Source of the DNA: an uncultured virus (IMG/VR IMGVR_UViG_3300025061_000003)
Lineage: Duplodnaviria; Heunggongvirae; Uroviricota; Caudoviricetes
Direction: 5' to 3' (one strand)
DNA: 20,000 nt
IMG/VR virus record: IMGVR_UViG_3300025061_000003
A program made the position numbers and the translations under genes. Under the pieces are notes generated by a model. That model was not told where the DNA came from and ran no database searches. It saw only the letters and a program-made list of their open reading frames with translations. Positions 1 to 7,886 of this stretch are shown in pieces. The first letter of the stretch is position 1. The number at the start of each line of letters is the position of its first letter.

Positions 1-2
1 AG

Positions 3-593
3 AATATAAAAAACTCTATTAAGCAAACTCGAATTCAAGCTATTTTATTTAATGTATTAATATTTCCATTAATATATTTTTTGCCACCTGAATATTTAGG
101 ACTTTCTATTGCTTCTCTTGGTTATCCAAGTGGGTTGTTTTTAAATACTTTTATTCATGCTGGAATATTGCATATCGCTATGAATATGTTAGTTACTTAT
201 CAATTTGGTGAGCTAATCGATGAACTTTATCAAAAGAAAGAACAATACCTTCTTTATTTTGCATTAGGCATTCCCATCACAGCTATTATGTATCTATATA
301 TTTATACATTACAACCAGAAATCTTATTAGTAGGTTATTCAGGAATTGCTATGGGATTAGTTGGTGCTTGCTTTAGATTTTTTCCTAAACCTGCTAAAAA
401 GTCTATTGCATTACAGCTTATCATCTTCCATGTCATTATTATTGCTTTTGAATTATCTGTTTCTTGGGAAGCGCATTTAACAGGATTTGTTTTTGGGATG
501 CTTTACTCTTACAATAGATTTTTATATAAGCAACCTCAAAATCTACCTGATGATTATGACGGTGAAGATAATCGTTCTATTGCTAATTTTTAA
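3..593 (+). CDS. Rhomboid-family intramembrane serine protease (5' end outside window)
   Basis: Rhomboid motifs HAGILHIAMNM (HxxxxHxxxN), GYSG (catalytic Ser, GxSG) and EAHLTGFVFG (catalytic His, AHxxGxxxG), with several hydrophobic TM segments. The frame is open from position 3 (NIKNSIKQTRIQAILFNVLIFPLIYF-), so the TTG at 81 is probably not the true start. Confidence 0.9.
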   Translation, partial: NIKNSIKQTRIQAILFNVLIFPLIYFLPPEYLGLSIASLGYPSGLFLNTFIHAGILHIAMNMLVTYQFGELIDELYQKKEQYLLYFALGIPITAIMYLYIYTLQPEILLVGYSGIAMGLVGACFRFFPKPAKKSIALQLIIFHVIIIAFELSVSWEAHLTGFVFGMLYSYNRFLYKQPQNLPDDYDGEDNRSIANF

Positions 594-603
594 GAGTGTT
601 TAA

Positions 604-1446
604 ATGAAAATACAAACACCTATGCAGACGTTAAGAGATCATTTGAAAAATTTTGATCTCTTAACTAAGCAATTTAATCTTACAAGAAAACGCTTTCAAC
701 ATAGAAAGTCTAAATCTGCTATGTATCCTCATAAAGACAAAAAGGCTATTCACTCTGACTTTTTAATGGTTTTTTATCATGATACACTTGGTAAAGAAGA
801 TTCTTTTGGTTTTAAATTTACTTATTTGGATACAAAGAAAAAAGAAGTTATTAAAGAACAATATTTTGAAATTAATTTTAAAATTAATGGAGAAATATAT
901 AATTCAAAACTTTTTTCAATTCAAGAAGCTAAATCTGTTCTTAAATTTATTAATAATTCAATAAAAGAAAATCATTTTGATAAAATCTCTTTCTTTGAAT
1001 TTTTAAAAACAAATTTTATGATTTCAGATAAAGAGTTGATTAATAATTATGAATTATTTGAGGCTGAATTTAATAAAGAGTCTAAACATTTGCAAAAAGA
1101 ACTTATATTTCAAGAAGCCAATTCCAATACCTTATTTAAACTAATTAGAACAAAAGAAGTTGAGTTGTACGAGTTTGTTAACGAACTTGAAGAAACAAAA
1201 CGAATTGAAATATTGGAATTAAAAATTAAACAACTAAGAATGCAAGTAAATCAGAAAAAATTAGATAAATACAATGAATTAGAAATAAAAAAATATAAAG
1301 ATTTATTAGAACACTCAAAATCCAAAATTGATATTGTCATTGAAGACATTAATCGTTTAATTATGAAAATTAATAAAAAATTTAATATTAAATCTTCCAT
1401 TGTTAATAAATTTAAAAATAAATTTTCCCAAAATGATGAATTTTAA
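604..1446 (+). CDS. Hypothetical protein, C-terminal half probably coiled-coil
   Basis: 280-aa ORF starting 10 bp after the rhomboid stop; K/E/L-rich heptad-like C-terminal half; no recognised motif. Confidence 0.7.
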   Translation: MKIQTPMQTLRDHLKNFDLLTKQFNLTRKRFQHRKSKSAMYPHKDKKAIHSDFLMVFYHDTLGKEDSFGFKFTYLDTKKKEVIKEQYFEINFKINGEIYNSKLFSIQEAKSVLKFINNSIKENHFDKISFFEFLKTNFMISDKELINNYELFEAEFNKESKHLQKELIFQEANSNTLFKLIRTKEVELYEFVNELEETKRIEILELKIKQLRMQVNQKKLDKYNELEIKKYKDLLEHSKSKIDIVIEDINRLIMKINKKFNIKSSIVNKFKNKFSQNDEF

Positions 1447-1482
1447 ATTTTTTATATTATAATAGTATTAAAAGGATTTAAT

Positions 1483-1998
1483 ATGACTAAAAATGAAATT
1501 TTATTTAAAAAACTAAAAGGTTCTGTATTGGCTTTTGTTGATTATTCTACTGATCCTAATGCATATATGCCTGAAACAGTTAAAAAGGATTATCTTGAAT
1601 TAAAGGAAATGGAAGGTTTAAAAAAAGAATTTGGATATAATGCACTACCTTCTTCTGGATTATCAACTATTACTAAATTAAAAGAAAGAATTGATACTTT
1701 TAATGAGAATATAAATTCTTTAATTGATAAAATTAATTTATTTAGCAATCTTGATATTGATATCAATAATAAAATAACACAAATGGAAAGCTTATCTGAA
1801 GTTTTAAAAGTTAAAGGAAATACTGTTAAAGAAAAATCAATTTTTCAGGCTAATCAAGAAATGAATTTTGTATTAAATAAACACAAACAAACATTAAATG
1901 TAAATTTACCAGATGATAAAGAATTGATAGGTGAAATAGAAAGTTTATTAGAAACTAAAAATAGTCCTCAAAAATATACAAAGAAGGCTTCATATTGA
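1483..1998 (+). CDS. Hypothetical protein
   Basis: 171-aa ORF with AAGGA RBS upstream and TATAAT at 1458-1463; followed by a hairpin terminator. Confidence 0.75.
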   Translation: MTKNEILFKKLKGSVLAFVDYSTDPNAYMPETVKKDYLELKEMEGLKKEFGYNALPSSGLSTITKLKERIDTFNENINSLIDKINLFSNLDIDINNKITQMESLSEVLKVKGNTVKEKSIFQANQEMNFVLNKHKQTLNVNLPDDKELIGEIESLLETKNSPQKYTKKASY

Positions 1999-2007
1999 AG
2001 CCTTCTT
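1981..2007. terminator. Probable bidirectional intrinsic terminator
   Basis: Perfect 12-bp stem AAGAAGGCTTCA-tat-TGAAGCCTTCTT at the junction of convergent genes 1483-1998(+) and 2018-2437(-). Confidence 0.75.
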
Positions 2008-2017
2008 ATTAATCACT

Positions 2018-2437
2018 TTAATTTTCTTTGTATTCTTTTAATTCAAAATAAGCCCTATATCCATAAATATAATTCATCGTTAATTCATAATTTTTTTCTT
2101 CTGTTATTTTAAATCCAATTTTTTCTATCATTTCTTTATTTATATCTAATTTTTCTTTTTCTAATAAATAAATTGCCTTTATTATATAAGTTTTTTCTTG
2201 TTCTAATGCTGCTTCCTGATAGTCAAGCTCTACAACTCCTTCTTTAAACTCTATATCTCTAAAAATATTTAATACTGTTTCATGCTGGTTTGAGGTTTTT
2301 ATTTCATAAGCCACTTCATCTACTTCCATTTCATTTACTTCCATTTCATTTAACCAATCACTTATTAAACCTGCACTCGTTAAGCCAGAAAATAATATAA
2401 TAAAGCTTGCCATTATAATTTGTATTGTGTTTTTCAT
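2018..2437 (-). CDS. Hypothetical exported protein (Sec signal peptide)
   Basis: N-terminus MKNTIQIIMASFIILFSGLTSA is a typical signal peptide; AAGGT RBS upstream; has its own promoter at 2468-2496. Confidence 0.75.
   Translation of the reverse strand: MKNTIQIIMASFIILFSGLTSAGLISDWLNEMEVNEMEVDEVAYEIKTSNQHETVLNIFRDIEFKEGVVELDYQEAALEQEKTYIIKAIYLLEKEKLDINKEMIEKIGFKITEEKNYELTMNYIYGYRAYFELKEYKEN
2321..2350. repeat. Perfect 15-bp tandem duplication (NEMEV-NEMEV) in the exported protein gene
   Basis: TACTTCCATTTCATT occurs twice in tandem, in frame. Confidence 0.85.
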
Positions 2438-2467
2438 TTTAATTACCTTTTTTATTTTAATTTAATC

Positions 2468-2496
2468 ATTATATATTAAATACTCTTTATTTTCAA
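2468..2496 (-). promoter_or_regulatory. sigma70-type promoter for 2018-2437(-)
   Basis: Minus strand TTGAAA-N17-TATAAT. Confidence 0.65.
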
Positions 2497-2523
2497 TTAT
2501 TTTGTTTCAATTTTAAATCCAAC

Positions 2524-2552
2524 TTGATATTTAATCTATATTGTTTTATAAT
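2524..2552 (+). promoter_or_regulatory. sigma70-type promoter
   Basis: TTGATA-N17-TATAAT; divergent from the 2468-2496 promoter. Confidence 0.65.
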
Positions 2553-2583
2553 ATTCACTTCTTTTGGCAACTTTATACTTAAT

Positions 2584-3066
2584 ATGATTAAAAGTAAATT
2601 TAAAACAAATACAGAGTCAAGAAGTTTTTATTTGAAAAATAAAGACATATTGCTGAATACAAAAGACTTTGTTAATCATTCAGTGTTTTATATAGAAAAA
2701 CACTATTTTCAACATTTTATTGAATCAAATTCTTTTGTAAAATTTTTATTTTATAATTTTTTGGAAAAATTTATTAGAGAAGAATTTAAAGATTCTTTAT
2801 TAAAATTAAAATCAAAATCTTGGCTTTATGTTTTTGATTTTAGAGATAATACTTTTATAATAAAAGATAAACAATTTATTTCTTTTGTTGATGATAAAGA
2901 GTTAAATGAAGAATTTAAGAAAGAATTTACTTTTTTATTTTTTGTATGGTTTATTGAAAATAATCATAAATTTAACATTAAAAGTCAAATGCATTCATCT
3001 GCTGTAAAAGCTATATTAAGTAAAAAAGATAAAATATTAATTAAATCAAGAATGAGAGATTTTTAA
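2584..3066 (+). CDS. Hypothetical protein
   Basis: The ORF-track start (TTG 2524) coincides with the -35 box, so ATG 2584 (MIKSKF...) is preferred. The stop overlaps the next start (TAATG). Confidence 0.65.
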   Translation: MIKSKFKTNTESRSFYLKNKDILLNTKDFVNHSVFYIEKHYFQHFIESNSFVKFLFYNFLEKFIREEFKDSLLKLKSKSWLYVFDFRDNTFIIKDKQFISFVDDKELNEEFKKEFTFLFFVWFIENNHKFNIKSQMHSSAVKAILSKKDKILIKSRMRDF

Positions 3067-3611
3067 TGAAAATTAAAGAAAGACAAAATCAAGAAGAAAA
3101 ATTTAAAAATTATTTAATTTCTTCTCTAAACTTTGTAACAAAAGATAGCGATTTATATACAGAAATTAAATTAAAAATTAAACAATCTAATTCAAATACT
3201 TTTTTTTCTGACTATCATTCTAATTTTAATAAACTTTTTTCGACAAACAAAGAATTTGTTAAACTTGTTATAGATAATAAAATTGTAGAACATTCTTATT
3301 ATTATAATGATTTAACTACATTAATTTCTTATTATTTTAAAGATGCTGATATTGATAAAATTGTTTTTTTTGCTGAACTTTATTATATCCATAAAGAACT
3401 AAATCAGGTAGAATTTATTATTTCTAATAATTTAACCAATCTTTATAAAAGAAAACATCATAGGTTAACTTATTTTCTTTTGAATGCTTCAATAATGAGA
3501 ATTTTTTGCATAAGAAAAGAACTTACTTTAAAAAATATTATAAAGAAAACACCCAAACTTGGTAGCATTTATAAACGAATTAATGTTATTAATAATATAG
3601 ACTCTTTTTAA
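3066..3611 (+). CDS. Hypothetical protein
   Basis: 181-aa ORF, translationally coupled to the upstream gene (TAATG overlap). Confidence 0.7.
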   Translation: MKIKERQNQEEKFKNYLISSLNFVTKDSDLYTEIKLKIKQSNSNTFFSDYHSNFNKLFSTNKEFVKLVIDNKIVEHSYYYNDLTTLISYYFKDADIDKIVFFAELYYIHKELNQVEFIISNNLTNLYKRKHHRLTYFLLNASIMRIFCIRKELTLKNIIKKTPKLGSIYKRINVINNIDSF

Positions 3612-3626
3612 TTTTTTTGTTATAAT
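3598..3626 (+). promoter_or_regulatory. sigma70-type promoter with extended -10
   Basis: TAGACT-N17-TATAAT with TGn before the -10; the -35 lies in the last codons of the upstream gene. Confidence 0.65.
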
Positions 3627-3653
3627 ACTACTTTTAATAACAGGAAAAATAAT

Positions 3654-3956
3654 ATGTCTTCTAAATATTACTGTTTAAAATGCCAAGCACCTAATAGCGG
3701 CTGTAAATGTGGTAATACTGATTATCATTTCTCTTATTCTTATAAATTAAGAGTGCCTACTTCCATTAAGAATAAAGTTTTATTTAGAAAATTTTTAGAT
3801 GATTGCCCTATTTTTGTTAACTGTGTGCCTGAAGAATTAAAACCTGCTTTTAGAGATTTATTAAGAAAAGTTAAGTATTTTGATAAATCTATCAATGGTA
3901 GAACTTCTGTTATTGTTAGAAAAAATGAAAAAATGGAAACAGACATTTTTAAATAA
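3654..3956 (+). CDS. Hypothetical protein with N-terminal Cys cluster (possible Zn ribbon)
   Basis: CLKC-x6-CKC near the N-terminus; CAGGA RBS upstream. Confidence 0.7.
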   Translation: MSSKYYCLKCQAPNSGCKCGNTDYHFSYSYKLRVPTSIKNKVLFRKFLDDCPIFVNCVPEELKPAFRDLLRKVKYFDKSINGRTSVIVRKNEKMETDIFK

Positions 3957-3962
3957 TTTTAT

Positions 3963-3991
3963 TTGCTTTCCAACTTTTTTATTGTTATAAT
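3963..3991 (+). promoter_or_regulatory. sigma70-type promoter with extended -10
   Basis: TTGCTT-N17-TATAAT with TGn. Confidence 0.65.
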
Positions 3992-4022
3992 AAACCTATC
4001 TTAATTAATCAGGTAAAAAACT

Positions 4023-4373
4023 ATGAATGGACGTATTGATATTCAAATTCCAAAAAATATCACTCCTTTTTTAGACGCTGCATTTACTTTTGTAGCATTA
4101 CAATCAACCATTAATTCAAAATATTCTTCTGGATTTGATAAGTTTGAATTTAAAAAACGTTTTTCTTCTTCTATTCAAGATAGCGTTGATTTTAAATTTC
4201 AAGCGAATGAAGATGAATTAAGACTTATCTTTGATTTAACACGCTCTCTTATGAACAATCCACAATTTATGACAGCAAAAGAGCGTCAAGATAACAATTT
4301 AACTGACTTTTCTGATTATATTGATAAGCAAGTTAAACATTACAAAACTCTTTATATTAGCTCACATTTTTAA
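4023..4373 (+). CDS. Hypothetical protein
   Basis: 116-aa ORF with CAGGT RBS and its own promoter. Confidence 0.7.
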   Translation: MNGRIDIQIPKNITPFLDAAFTFVALQSTINSKYSSGFDKFEFKKRFSSSIQDSVDFKFQANEDELRLIFDLTRSLMNNPQFMTAKERQDNNLTDFSDYIDKQVKHYKTLYISSHF

Positions 4374-4384
4374 TGTGAGTTAAT
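4356..4384 (+). terminator. Hairpin, possible intrinsic terminator
   Basis: ATTAGCTCACATT-ttt-AATGTGAGTTAAT stem spanning the stop codon, followed by a T-rich tract. Confidence 0.45.
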
Positions 4385-4412
4385 TTATTATTAAATTTCT
4401 GGAGAATTTTAA

Positions 4413-4928
4413 ATGAATAAAAATTTTAAAGTCGGTTTGTTTGGTACTTGTGGTAGTTCAACTTGGCGTAAAGACTTTATTGAAACATATAAAGAACTTG
4501 GTATTGATTATTTTAATCCACAATTAGGTGAGGGCGAATGGACTCCTGAATGTGCGGATATTGAAAATCAACATTTTAAAACTGATGAAATTATTTTATT
4601 CCCTGTTACTAATGAAACTACTGGTCTTGGATCATTAGCAGAAGTTGGATTCTCTATTGCTGAAACCCTAAGAAATCTAAATGAACGTTATTTAGTAGTT
4701 TATATAGATCCTGATTGTATTGATTCAAAAGCTGATGCCAATGAAATTAAAACTTCAATAAGAACACGTAAATTAGTATCTTCAAAAGTTGAACTTGAAG
4801 CTGATATTAATGAAAAAGTATTTGTCGTTAATTCATTAGAAGAAATGAAGTCTCTTTCAATTGAAATTGCTAAATATATTAAAGAAGATTCTTTCTCTAA
4901 AACACAAGAATTTTTTAAGGTTGGTTAA
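4413..4928 (+). CDS. Nucleoside 2-deoxyribosyltransferase-like protein
   Basis: Pattern VGLFGTCGSSTWR...YFNPQ...W...E...IILFPVT...GxGSLAEVG resembles the NDT-like (Nuc_deoxyri_tr2-type) family common in phages, with the conserved Glu in SLAEVG; GGAGA RBS. Confidence 0.65.
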   Translation: MNKNFKVGLFGTCGSSTWRKDFIETYKELGIDYFNPQLGEGEWTPECADIENQHFKTDEIILFPVTNETTGLGSLAEVGFSIAETLRNLNERYLVVYIDPDCIDSKADANEIKTSIRTRKLVSSKVELEADINEKVFVVNSLEEMKSLSIEIAKYIKEDSFSKTQEFFKVG

Positions 4929-5573
4929 ATGATTTATAAACTTAATTCATTAGAAAAAGATTCAGTTTTAAATCTTTTTGACTTTGATTATGATGAATTT
5001 TTCTTTTATGAAAACATTGAAAGAGAAGATTTCATTAAAGCTTTATGTTATTTTTTATCTTTTTTTTCAAATCAAAAAAGTATAGAAAATATTCAATCAG
5101 CCTATTATTCAATACAAAATTCATTTGGTTCTGGTGAAGAAGAACAGTTTTTTAAGAATTTTATTTTTATTAATAAAATTTTAATAGATAAATATAATTT
5201 TTCATTTCTTCGAATTATTTTAAAAGATTTAGATACAATATCAAAATTTGAAGTAGACAGAGAAGAATACATTATTTATACCTGTGAAGAATGCAATGGT
5301 AAGGGCGAAGTTTTTTGTAATGAAGAACAAAACTCTATGCATATTTGTATGGAATGTGGTGGTTCTGGTAATGTTGAATTGTATAATCCAAATTATGATA
5401 TGTTATCTAATAGAGATATTGATAAAATAAAACATATTGAATTTAATTTTAAAAAGAACATTAAAAATATTATCAATACTGTTGTGCAAATAATTTTAGA
5501 AGAAGAATTACATCCTGATATTGGTGAAGTTTATAAACCTTATAAAACCATAAATAATGTAAAAAACTTTTGA
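4929..5573 (+). CDS. Hypothetical protein with DnaJ-type zinc finger
   Basis: Two CxxCxGxG motifs (CEECNGKG, CMECGGSG); no J-domain HPD context in the N-terminus. Confidence 0.7.
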   Translation: MIYKLNSLEKDSVLNLFDFDYDEFFFYENIEREDFIKALCYFLSFFSNQKSIENIQSAYYSIQNSFGSGEEEQFFKNFIFINKILIDKYNFSFLRIILKDLDTISKFEVDREEYIIYTCEECNGKGEVFCNEEQNSMHICMECGGSGNVELYNPNYDMLSNRDIDKIKHIEFNFKKNIKNIINTVVQIILEEELHPDIGEVYKPYKTINNVKNF

Positions 5574-5584
5574 TTTTGAGATTA

Positions 5585-5614
5585 ATTATTGATACAATTA
5601 ATTTTATCAATAAT
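5585..5614. repeat. 30-bp near-perfect palindrome (14/15 per arm)
   Basis: ATTATTGATACAATT|AATTTTATCAATAAT in the intergenic region. Confidence 0.6.
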
Positions 5615-5621
5615 GAGCCAT

Positions 5622-5652
5622 AAATCCTCGCTCAATTCGGGCAGGAATAAAT
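5622..5652 (+). repeat. GC-rich imperfect hairpin, copy 1 (IS200/IS605 end-like or REP-like)
   Basis: AAATCCTCGCTCAATTCGGGCAGGAATAAAT closely matches the reverse complement of 8221-8250. Confidence 0.65.
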
Positions 5653-5931
5653 CAGAAAAGGAAACTTTATGAACAGTTTTTTATTAAATATGCTTCTTTC
5701 TACTAAAAATATGTTTCTTTCAGAAGATGAAAAGAGATATTTAAGGAATGAAGATATTGATTTAAATTTGAATCAAGTATGGACTCTTCCTTTTGATGTC
5801 GCTGATAAGTATTGTGAACCTGTCATTATTTCAATTACCAAAACCATTAAAAAGAATGCCCCTTGATTCATCTATGGGGATGAATTTTTAACCTTTTTTT
5901 TATTTATTCTTCAATTTATTTCAATATGTTA

Positions 5932-5959
5932 TTGAAATAAATTGAGATTGTATTATAAT
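5932..5959 (+). promoter_or_regulatory. Putative tnpB promoter
   Basis: TTGAAA-N16-TATAAT just upstream of ATG 5966. Confidence 0.4.
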
Positions 5960-5965
5960 TCTACT

Positions 5966-7322
5966 ATGAAAAACTTTAAGCAACTCTATCTTCTCACTAT
6001 TAAAAATATACTTATTAAACATAAGTACATCTCTAATTTAAATGAGTTTAAAAATTTAGTTGATTTATACAAAACTAAAAAAAGAGTCGCTAAATCTCAA
6101 TTTAAAGAACTTGCTAATAAACACAACTTATCTAAAAGTGATATTAAAACAAAAACTTTCCGATAGAGTATTTGATACTTATTATAAATGGGTTTGTAAA
6201 AAAGGTGGTAAACCACGTTTTAAATCTTGGAAAAACGGTATACGTTCTATGGAAGGTAAATCTAATACGTGTTTATCTTTTAAAAATAATATTTTTTCTT
6301 GGAATGGTATTAAATCCGAAATTATACTTCAAAATAATGATAAATACGGTGTTCAAGAACACGCTTTAAACTCTACTATTAAATTTTGTAGAATTGTTAG
6401 AAAAATAATAAAAGGCAAACCTAAATTTTATTTGCAACTTATTTTAGAAGGTTTGCCAAAACTTAAATCTAACCAAATCTTTAATAATGGTAGAAATGGC
6501 ATTGATATTGGTGTATCAACCATAGCTTCGGTAGGTAAAGAAAAAGCATTACTAACACCATTTTGCCAAGAACTTAATGACATTGAAAAAGACATTAAAA
6601 ACATTCAACGTAAAAAAGCTCGTTCTTTAAGATTAAATAATCCTGATAATTATGAAAACGATTCTTGGGTTATCAAAGATAAACGTTTTCTTAAACGTAA
6701 AGGAAAAAATATTAAAGGTAAATCAAATTGGATTAAAAGTAATAATTATTTAAAATTAGAAAATGAACTAAAAGAATTACAACGTTTACAAGCGTCTAAA
6801 AGAAAATACTTGCATAATGTATTAGCTAATAAAGTACTTGAAAACGGTAATGATATAATTATTGAAAAAAATAATTATAAAGCGTGGCAAAAAGGATTAT
6901 ACGGTAAAACAATCGGTAAAAAAGCACCAAGTTTATTTGTACAAACGTTAAAACGCAAAGCTTTAAAATCTAGCGGAACGTTTGAAGAAGTAAGTACTTG
7001 GAATACTAAGTTTTCTCAATATTGTCATGTATGCGATGGGTATCATAAGAAATCACTATCACAACGCATACATACTTGTGGTGAAAACGAAATAACACAA
7101 AGAGATCTCTATTCAGGTGTATTGTTATACCATTATGATCTCGAAAAGAAAAAAGTTAATAGACAATCAATTATAGATAATTGGTCGGGTATAGAAACGT
7201 CCCTAAGACAAGCCCTATTAACTTTAATAAAATCTCGAAACAAAGGTGATATACCCAAGTGCTTGATACCAAATGGTATTGAGAAGAGAGATTGGCTTGT
7301 GAAAGGTTCTTTGAGTGCTTAA
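5966..7322 (+). pseudogene. tnpB: TnpB RNA-guided endonuclease, frameshifted near the 5' end
   Basis: Frame 6060-7322 carries KGGKPRFKS, RuvC-I GIDIG, RuvC-II IIIE, a Zn finger CHVC...HTC and RuvC-III QRDLYS. The N-terminus (MKNFKQ...KELANKHNLSKSDI) is in another frame ending at 6166; a +1 shift near 6145-6155 is needed to join them. Confidence 0.8.
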
Positions 7323-7420
7323 TTAAATTTGGATGCTATTTTATAGCACTCAAAAGATTAAGTAGGACAAGAACCCCCTTTCTTTAGATATGGGGAGTTT
7401 CAGAGCAATCAACAAAACCA
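7260..7420 (+). ncRNA. Predicted omega/reRNA of TnpB (boundaries approximate; guide from flank 7404 onward)
   Basis: Expected at the 3' end of IS605 tnpB. Visible stems: TTTGAGTGCT (7310-7319)/AGCACTCAAA (7345-7354), GATACC/GGTATT near 7265-7280, and the right-end hairpin. Confidence 0.5.
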
Positions 7421-7538
7421 ATAATACAGTGACTTATACTACTAATTATTTAAAAGGTGATACACTGGAATGCTCTATTAAAGAATTTAAAACAAATCAT
7501 GAACTACAAAAATAAAGCATTAAAATTCGATAAAATTA

Positions 7539-7567
7539 TTGAAAAATAAACCTTATTATTTTATAAT
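7539..7567 (+). promoter_or_regulatory. sigma70-type promoter
   Basis: TTGAAA-N17-TATAAT. Confidence 0.65.
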
Positions 7568-7599
7568 AGTTTTTTAATTTTGAGATTTTGGAGCAATTT

Positions 7600-7830
7600 A
7601 TGAAATTTTTATTTTTAATTTTAACAGTTCTTTTTTTAAGTGCTTGTACACCTTCTCATCAAAATAAAACACAATCTTTTTCTTTACCTCCTGAATTATC
7701 TGATTGTAAAGTTTTTAGGTTATCAAATGACATGGGAAATATTATTTATGTTACTCGTTGTCCAAATTCAACAACCAATACTTCAACAACAGGTAAGAAC
7801 GCTCAAAGTGTTACAGTCATTGAGAACTAA
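7600..7830 (+). CDS. Small lipoprotein (phage-type, possibly DUF4884-like)
   Basis: GGAG RBS then MKFLFLILTVLFLSA-C (lipobox LSAC). The mature part LPPELSDCKVF...YVTRCPNSTT has a Cys pair; the family is recalled from memory, not searched. Confidence 0.75.
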   Translation: MKFLFLILTVLFLSACTPSHQNKTQSFSLPPELSDCKVFRLSNDMGNIIYVTRCPNSTTNTSTTGKNAQSVTVIEN

Positions 7831-7886
7831 TATGAAATATTTAATTATTAGAACTAAAAATTGTATTAAAAAAATTCCTAAAAAAA

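Larger units (their letters stand above)
5839..7403 (+). mobile_element. Non-autonomous IS200/IS605-family (tnpB-only, IS1341-type) element with IS608-like ends
   Basis: Left end TTAC|CAAAACC...AATG-CCCCTTGATTCATCTATGGGG; right end GAAC-CCCCTTTCTTTAGATATGGGGAGTTTCAG|. Subterminal hairpins, no target-site duplication, tnpB inside, no tnpA. Confidence 0.85.
5669..7515 (+). pseudogene. Small hypothetical gene (about 93 aa) interrupted by the IS element
   Basis: Joining 5669-5838 to 7404-7515 gives one open frame: MNSFLL...CEPVIISI-T-AINKTNNTVTYTTNYLKGDTLECSIKEFKTNHELQK*. AAGGA RBS precedes 5669. Confidence 0.75.

Noticed and set aside
779..964. 61-aa alternate-frame ORF; likewise 3740-3946(-), 6172-6369(+) and 7640-7909(+)
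   Set aside because: Nested in better-supported genes and have no motifs.
5847..5853. Alternative IS left boundary after TTAA (5850), which would also restore the frame
   Set aside because: No matching AAxT guide precedes the hairpin; TTAC with AATG fits the IS608 pairing rule and spacing.
6140..6165. Programmed -1 ribosomal frameshift in tnpB
   Set aside because: The required shift is +1, there is no canonical slippery heptamer with a downstream structure, and programmed frameshifting is not known to me for tnpB.
5966..7420. Type V CRISPR (Cas12f-like) system
   Set aside because: No repeat-spacer array or cas1/cas2 in the window, and the gene is bounded by IS200/IS605 ends.
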